From Prochlorococcus sp. AG-388-F11 (GTDB lineage: Bacteria; Cyanobacteriota; Cyanobacteriia; PCC-6307; Cyanobiaceae), in assembly GCA_003279845.1 (NCBI GenBank), contig QCGP01000003.1, positions 86,456-150,455 on the forward strand: a stretch of DNA of 64,000 nt, read 5' to 3'. Below are positions 57,964-64,000 of the stretch, one piece after another (positions within the stretch are counted from its first letter, which is position 1; every line of letters begins with the position of its first letter). Under the pieces are notes generated by a model. The model was not told the DNA's origin. It ran no database searches and saw only the letters and a list, made by a program, of their open reading frames with translations. A program made the position numbers and the translations under genes.

Positions 57964-58965
57964 ATGCCAATACAAATATTATGGGGTAATGATCTAAATG
58001 CTCAAAATACATTTATTCAGAAATTAATTGATAAGGAAGTATCCAAAGAATGGAAAGAAATAAACGTCACTAATTTAAATGGAGATGATAATGAGCAAGT
58101 CAATAAAGCTTTTGATGAAGTGCTTACACCTCCTTTTGGCAATGGATACAGAATAGTTACATTGAAAAATAATCCAATTTTTACTGCAAAAAATGAGGAT
58201 CTAAGAACCAAATTTGAAAAAATTCATGACAATATACCGCAAAATACTTATTTGATTTTACAAAATACAAAAAAACCAGATTCAAGACTAAAGAGTACTA
58301 AATTTTTACAAAAACTTATCAAAAATAATTTAGCCAAAGAAAATTCATTTAAATTACCAGAAATCTGGGACTTTGAGGGACAAAAAAGATTTTTAGAAGA
58401 TGCAGCAAATGAAATGAATATCAAACTTGATAAAAATGCAGCTGAATTAATTATTGATTCTGTTGGGAATGATAGCTTTAAACTAATAAATGAATTAGCC
58501 AAAGCAAAAACATACCTTTCTGCAGAAGCAAATGATTCGAATTCACAACTTTTTCTTAAAAGTATTGATGTAAAAAAAATATTTAGTGATCATCAATCCA
58601 ACATTTTTAAAATCATTGATCTTCTCTTACAAAAAAACATTAATGAAAGCCTTATTGAAATAAAATATTCCTTACAGAATGGAGAACCTGCTTTAAGAGT
58701 AAATGCAGGATTAATTAGTCAAATAAGAATTCATACCATTATAAAATTAGCAGTTAACTCAGGAAATGATAATGCAGAAAATATTTGTAATCTTGCAGGC
58801 ATTTCTAATCCAAAAAGAATTTTTTTTATTCGAAGAAAAGTAAAAAATGTATCGCAAGAATATCTAATTAATTTAATGAGTAAATTATTAGATATTGAAT
58901 CATTACTAAAACAAGGTAATAATCCTATAAATGTTTTTACCGAGAATTTAATTAATTTAAGTTAA
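57964..58965 (+). CDS. holA: DNA polymerase III delta subunit
   Basis: TPPFG, KPDSRLK and NELAK. Length and pattern match cyanobacterial HolA. Confidence 0.9.
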   Translation: MPIQILWGNDLNAQNTFIQKLIDKEVSKEWKEINVTNLNGDDNEQVNKAFDEVLTPPFGNGYRIVTLKNNPIFTAKNEDLRTKFEKIHDNIPQNTYLILQNTKKPDSRLKSTKFLQKLIKNNLAKENSFKLPEIWDFEGQKRFLEDAANEMNIKLDKNAAELIIDSVGNDSFKLINELAKAKTYLSAEANDSNSQLFLKSIDVKKIFSDHQSNIFKIIDLLLQKNINESLIEIKYSLQNGEPALRVNAGLISQIRIHTIIKLAVNSGNDNAENICNLAGISNPKRIFFIRRKVKNVSQEYLINLMSKLLDIESLLKQGNNPINVFTENLINLS

Positions 58966-59004
58966 CCAAATTATAAGTGTAAGAATTTTCATTATGATTT
59001 AAAT

Positions 59005-60765
59005 ATGGCTTTACTAGTAAAAAAATTTGGCGGAACTTCCGTCGGTGATATTAAAAAAATTCAAAATATTGCAAGTAACATTTGTCAAAGTAAAGAAGCA
59101 GGAAATGAAATAGTCGTAGTTGTTTCTGCAATGGGGCAAACTACAGATGATTTAAATTGTTTAGCGGAATCAATTAGTAAAAATCCTAATCGAAGAGAAT
59201 TGGATATGCTTCTCTCAACTGGAGAGCAAGTAACAATAGCTCTTCTATCAATGGCACTAAACGAATACGGAATACCTGCAATTTCAATGACCGGTAGTCA
59301 GGTTGGAATTATTACTGAATCAATACATGGAAAAGCAAGAATTCTGGATATTAAAACAGAAAGAATCCTAAATTATATAAATCAGGGTTTTGTAGTTGTG
59401 GTGGCTGGATTTCAAGGAACAACATTAAGCCATACGGGATCAATGGAAATTACAACTTTGGGTAGAGGAGGTTCAGATACATCCGCAGTAGCTTTATCAA
59501 CTGCTTTAGGAGCTGAGACTTGCGAAATTTATACCGACGTACCAGGGGTTCTTACTACTGATCCAAGAATTGTTCCTAATGCAAAACTCTTAGATGAAAT
59601 TAGCTGTGAGGAAATGCTTGAACTTGCAAGCGTCGGTGCTTCAGTTCTGCATCCAAGAGCAGTAGAAATTGCCCGTAATTATGGAATTAAATTGTGCGTC
59701 AAATCAAGCCAAAGTGACTCAAGTGGGACTCTCCTAGAAAGTCAAATCAAACCTCTACCGCTAAAAAGGGGGAGCTTAGAATTAACAAAAACAGTCAACA
59801 GTCTTGAAGTATTAGAAAAGCAAGCAGTATTCAGTCTATCAAATATTCCTGATAGGCCTGGGATTGCTGCACAAATATTTGAAAAACTTTCAGAAGCAAG
59901 TATTAATGTAGATTTAATCATACAAGCAACAAATGATGGAAATAATAATGATATTACATTTACTGTTAGTGAATTAGAAGTTAAAAAAACTGCAGATCAA
60001 TGTGAACTTATAACTAGTCAATTAGGAGGAAAATACAATCTAAAAACAAACATGACTAAATTAAGTATTCAAGGAGCAGGCATTATGGGTAGACCAAGTG
60101 TTTCAGCTGATTTGTTTGATACTTTATCTCAAGCGAATATAAATGTCAGGTTAATAGCTACTAGTGAAATTAAAGTCAGCTGCGTAATTGAAATTAATAA
60201 TATTCCAAAAGCTATTAGATTTGTTGCTGAGAAATTTAAGTTATCAGATACACAAATATTTGTTAATCCAATCAACGCAAAACAAGATCAACCTGAAGTA
60301 AGAGGAATTGCATTAGATAAAAACCAAGTTCAAGTAAGTTTTCGAAAACTGCCTGATCGTCCAGGTGTAGCAGCATCGATATGTTTAGCATTAGCTGAAA
60401 ATAATTTACTTTTCGATACTATCGTGCAGTCCGAAAGAATTTCCTCTTCAAAAACTAAAGATATTAGTCTTACAATGAATAAGCAAGATAGAGAAAAAGC
60501 TAACTTAGTTTTTGAAGCCTTAACAAAGAAATTACCCGGCTCATACATTGAAGATGGCCCTGCGATAGCTAAAGTAAGTACTGTAGGAGCAGGAATGGCA
60601 TTTAAGGTTGGAACGGCTGGAAAAATATTTAGAGCACTGGCTGACCAAAATATCAATATTGAAATGATTGCCACTAGTGAAATTAGGACTTCTTGTATTG
60701 TCTTAGAAAAAGATTGTGACAAAGCAGTTAGTGCAATTCATAATTATTTCAAATTAGAGAAATAA
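59005..60765 (+). CDS. lysC: Aspartate kinase (cyanobacterial, four ACT domains)
   Basis: KFGGTSV, VVSAMG, LGRGGSD and duplicated PDRPG / IATSEI ACT repeats. Confidence 0.98.
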   Translation: MALLVKKFGGTSVGDIKKIQNIASNICQSKEAGNEIVVVVSAMGQTTDDLNCLAESISKNPNRRELDMLLSTGEQVTIALLSMALNEYGIPAISMTGSQVGIITESIHGKARILDIKTERILNYINQGFVVVVAGFQGTTLSHTGSMEITTLGRGGSDTSAVALSTALGAETCEIYTDVPGVLTTDPRIVPNAKLLDEISCEEMLELASVGASVLHPRAVEIARNYGIKLCVKSSQSDSSGTLLESQIKPLPLKRGSLELTKTVNSLEVLEKQAVFSLSNIPDRPGIAAQIFEKLSEASINVDLIIQATNDGNNNDITFTVSELEVKKTADQCELITSQLGGKYNLKTNMTKLSIQGAGIMGRPSVSADLFDTLSQANINVRLIATSEIKVSCVIEINNIPKAIRFVAEKFKLSDTQIFVNPINAKQDQPEVRGIALDKNQVQVSFRKLPDRPGVAASICLALAENNLLFDTIVQSERISSSKTKDISLTMNKQDREKANLVFEALTKKLPGSYIEDGPAIAKVSTVGAGMAFKVGTAGKIFRALADQNINIEMIATSEIRTSCIVLEKDCDKAVSAIHNYFKLEK

Positions 60766-60772
60766 GTTCTTT

Positions 60773-62812
60773 TTAGTTATTTCTTGCCAGTTTTTGTCTT
60801 AATTTTTTGATTCTATCCCTTAAATTTGCTGCTTCTTCAAAATTTAACTCTTTTGCAGCATCTTTCATTTTAATTTCTAACTTTTCTATTAAATCAGGCA
60901 ATTCTTCGAGCAAACATTGATTATCGCTGGAATTGAGAATTACGTCAGTTTTGTCATTAACTATATTTATTAAATCTTTAGATAAGCCACCAGCATCTAA
61001 TTTTCTGGAAAGTTCTAGAAAAGATAATATTGAATTTTCTATTTTTTTACCTGCAGGTTTTGGAATAATACCATTGACATGGTTATATTTTTTTTGAATA
61101 GTTCTTCTTCTTTCAGTTTCAGATATTGCTCTTTTCATTGAATCTGTGAAGTTATCTGCATAAAGCAAGGCAACACCTTCAACATGTCTTGCAGCTCTTC
61201 CTATTGTTTGAATCAATGACCTTTCTGCCCTTAGAAAACCTTCTTTATCAGCATCTAAAATGGCGACTAACGATACTTCAGGAAGATCTAGTCCCTCTCT
61301 TAATAAGTTAACTCCCACCAAAACATCATATTCGCCCAATCTAAGGTCTTGAATAATTTCAATTCTTTCAATTGCATGGATTTCGGAATGCAAATATCTA
61401 ACTCTTACTTTATTTTCAGATAAATAATCAGTTAGATCTTCGGCCATTCTCTTAGTAAGTGTTGTCACTAGTACTCTTTGATTCTTTTCAGCTCTAATTC
61501 TTATTTCAGATAACAGATCTTCTATTTGGCCCTCACTAGGTCTTACATCAATTAAAGGGTCTAATACCCCAGTTGGTCTTATAACTTGCTCAATAAATTC
61601 ACCATCACATTGATCTAATTCCCATTGACCGGGAGTAGCGCTTATAAATAATGTCTGTTTTGATTTTTCCCAAAACTCTTGACACTTTAAAGGTCTGTTA
61701 TCTGCAGCACTTGGCAATCTAAAACCATGATCTATTAAAACTTTTTTTCTAGATTGATCACCGTTGTACATCGCATGAAGTTGAGGACATGTAACGTGAC
61801 TCTCATCAACTACCAACAACCAATCTTTGGGAAAATAATCTATTAAGCATTCTGGCGGTGAACCTTCCTCCCTGCCTGATAAATGACGAGCATAATTCTC
61901 AACTCCATTACAATAACCAACCTCTTTAAGCATTTCTAAATCATATTTTGTGCGTTGTTCTAGACGTTGAGCCTCTAATAATTTTCCTTCGTATGTAAAT
62001 TTATCGAGTTGAGTTTTTAATTCACTTCTAATTGCTCTTATTGCACTCTCAAGTCTTTCTTTTGGAGTAACAAAATGCTTCGCTGGATAAACGCTAACTC
62101 GTTCCAAACTTTCAAGTATTTCTCCGGTTGTAGGGTCAACATATCTAATAGCCTCGACTTCATCACCAAATAATTCGATTCTTATTAATCTATCTTCATA
62201 AGCTGGACCGATTTCTAAAACATCACCTTTAATTCTGAATCTACCTCTAGTAATTTCAATATCATTTCTAGTATATTGATTCTCAACGAGAGACCTCAAA
62301 AAAGAACGTAGATTTATTGATTTTCCAACTTCAAATTTAACTGCAGCTTTTAAATACTCACTCGGTATACCAAGACCATAAATACAACTTATTGAGGCTA
62401 CAACAATTACATCTTTTCTCTCAAATAATGAGCGTGTTGCAGAATGCCTAAGCATATCTATTTCTTCATTAATTGAAGCAGTTTTAGCTATGTAAGTATC
62501 ACTTACAGGGACATAAGCCTCAGGTTGATAATAATCGTAGTAAGAAATGAAGTACTCAACAGCATTTTGTGGGAAAAACTCCCTTAGTTCATTACATAAT
62601 TGTGCAGCTAATGTTTTGTTGTGAGCTAACACAAGAGCTGGTCTTCCTGTTTGTTGAATTACATTGGCAATAGTAAATGTTTTACCAGTTCCAGTAGCTC
62701 CTAAAAGAGTCTGAAACTGTTTGCCAGTATTAACACCTTTAACTAATTTTTTAATAGCTTCTGGTTGATCTCCATTTGGTTCGTAAGGAGCTTGAAGCTT
62801 ATAGTTGTTCAT
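60773..62812 (-). CDS. uvrB: Excinuclease ABC subunit B
   Basis: [22 protein letters not shown] and a C-terminal UVR domain. ATG at 62812. Confidence 0.99.
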   Translation of the reverse strand: MNNYKLQAPYEPNGDQPEAIKKLVKGVNTGKQFQTLLGATGTGKTFTIANVIQQTGRPALVLAHNKTLAAQLCNELREFFPQNAVEYFISYYDYYQPEAYVPVSDTYIAKTASINEEIDMLRHSATRSLFERKDVIVVASISCIYGLGIPSEYLKAAVKFEVGKSINLRSFLRSLVENQYTRNDIEITRGRFRIKGDVLEIGPAYEDRLIRIELFGDEVEAIRYVDPTTGEILESLERVSVYPAKHFVTPKERLESAIRAIRSELKTQLDKFTYEGKLLEAQRLEQRTKYDLEMLKEVGYCNGVENYARHLSGREEGSPPECLIDYFPKDWLLVVDESHVTCPQLHAMYNGDQSRKKVLIDHGFRLPSAADNRPLKCQEFWEKSKQTLFISATPGQWELDQCDGEFIEQVIRPTGVLDPLIDVRPSEGQIEDLLSEIRIRAEKNQRVLVTTLTKRMAEDLTDYLSENKVRVRYLHSEIHAIERIEIIQDLRLGEYDVLVGVNLLREGLDLPEVSLVAILDADKEGFLRAERSLIQTIGRAARHVEGVALLYADNFTDSMKRAISETERRRTIQKKYNHVNGIIPKPAGKKIENSILSFLELSRKLDAGGLSKDLINIVNDKTDVILNSSDNQCLLEELPDLIEKLEIKMKDAAKELNFEEAANLRDRIKKLRQKLARNN

Positions 62813-62841
62813 CAAGCTAGTAGCTAAAGGATATTGATATG

Positions 62842-63618
62842 TTAAGAAATTTTTTCACCAATTATTGAATTTTTCAAAGATTCTTTTAAGCCCCTAACAA
62901 CCGCAATCATTGATATTAAATCATCTAATTTATTAACTGCAGATCCAACGCCAACTGCTGAGGCTCCAGAGGATATTGCTAGTGGACAAGTTACTTGGCT
63001 TAATCCAGAGGCACTCATGATTGGTATATTCAGAGATTGTTTCTTAAATTCTTGATGAATAGCATAGGTAGCTGCAAGAGTTGGTACTGATTTCTCAAAA
63101 AAGCCTTGTATGCCTGGAGAGTAAGGAGTAGAACTGGTGCCACCTTCTGTTTGAATAATATCAACACCCTCTTCCACTAGCTTTAAAGCAAGATCAACTT
63201 GTTTATCAATAGGCATAGTATGAGGAACAGTTACTGATAAAGGAACATTAGGCAATAAATCCCTCGTCTCTTTTGTAATTTTTAAAACTTTTTCATCTGA
63301 AAAATTAATGCCTTTTTCATAAAAAGTATCGTAATTTCCTATCTCAATTAATGATGCGCCTGCTTTTACAGAATCTTGAAAAGATCTAGGCACTACTGAA
63401 CTAACACACACGGGTAGTGTTGACTTCTTAAGTGCTAAATCAACGAGTTCAGGTTTACAAGCAATATCGACAAGATCTGCCCCTCCTAATGAAGCGGCCT
63501 CAACAATTATTTTCACAGATTGAACATCGAAATTATTCAATCCTGAAATAACTTTGAGTAAAGAGTTGCTTCTTAACTCTTCTTTTATTTTTTGTGGCAA
63601 AAGATTAATCAGACTCAT
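62842..63618 (-). CDS. ycf23: DUF561 / Ycf23 family TIM-barrel protein
   Basis: [22 protein letters not shown] and GVGSA. Confidence 0.88.
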   Translation of the reverse strand: MSLINLLPQKIKEELRSNSLLKVISGLNNFDVQSVKIIVEAASLGGADLVDIACKPELVDLALKKSTLPVCVSSVVPRSFQDSVKAGASLIEIGNYDTFYEKGINFSDEKVLKITKETRDLLPNVPLSVTVPHTMPIDKQVDLALKLVEEGVDIIQTEGGTSSTPYSPGIQGFFEKSVPTLAATYAIHQEFKKQSLNIPIMSASGLSQVTCPLAISSGASAVGVGSAVNKLDDLISMIAVVRGLKESLKNSIIGEKIS

Positions 63619-63703
63619 TTACTTAATGAATTTATTACCCGATTGTGACATTGTTTTAGTAAAACAGTGCATTTTTTAAAAAATATTATCTGAGCAACAC
63701 AAA

Positions 63704-64000
63704 ATGTCTGATAAAAATTTAACTCAGAAAAATTGGTCATCATGGCATCATCAGCTTCACAAAGAGATTCTTACCAAAAAAATATTAATTCCCAAAGGAT
63801 CGAATATTTTAATAAGTGTTTCAGGGGGACAAGATTCGATGGCCTTATTAACCCTAGTTAATGACCTAAAAAAACTTCATAATTGGTCTATAAGTGTTTG
63901 GCACGGTGATCATCAGTGGCACGAAAAATCCTCGCTATATGCTCTTGAATTAAAAAGTTATTGCGAAGATAAAAATATTTCATTCTATTTTGATCAAGCA
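63704..64000 (+). CDS. tilS: tRNA(Ile)-lysidine synthetase, 3'-truncated by the window edge (absent from the ORF track)
   Basis: Translated by hand from the ATG at 63704: MSDKNLTQKNW...ISVSGGQDSMALL...WHGDHQW, with the SGGxDS PP-loop. Confidence 0.92.
   Translation, partial: MSDKNLTQKNWSSWHHQLHKEILTKKILIPKGSNILISVSGGQDSMALLTLVNDLKKLHNWSISVWHGDHQWHEKSSLYALELKSYCEDKNISFYFDQA

Overview
An AT-rich, very gene-dense chromosomal segment from a marine picocyanobacterium, almost certainly a high-light-adapted Prochlorococcus. This rests on psaC, psbZ, ndhS, ho1-pebA-pebB without phycocyanin genes, the panC-cmk fusion and the tiny intergenic spaces. Nearly all of it is core genome: purM, panC-cmk, ptpA, pebBA, ho1, icd, glgP, tRNA-Arg(CCT), rnpB, rnc, rimM, glmS, psaC, acpP-fabF-tkt, thiC with a TPP riboswitch, ruvB, smpB, lysS, an SrrA-type response regulator, mreBCD, ssb, ahcY, tsaE, a group 2 sigma factor, mgtE, two crcB genes, gyrB, miaA, infC, a GntR/PlmA regulator, cysE, secA, tRNA-Gly(GCC), ribH, psbZ, mutS, cobH, holA, lysC, uvrB, ycf23 and the start of tilS. 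I saw no transposase, integrase, prophage, CRISPR array or defence system. The only probably accessory DNA is a truncated RimJ/L-type acetyltransferase at the left edge. The best leads are small. They are a candidate tandem NrdR-box promoter on a two-gene operon of unknown function, a QxxLF clamp-binding motif on a MutS N-terminal tail, a coupled hypothetical/Cys-rich peptide pair, a degenerate Fluc pair, a TPP aptamer with an altered pyrophosphate arm and a hairpin covering a start codon. All motif calls were made by eye and need checking.
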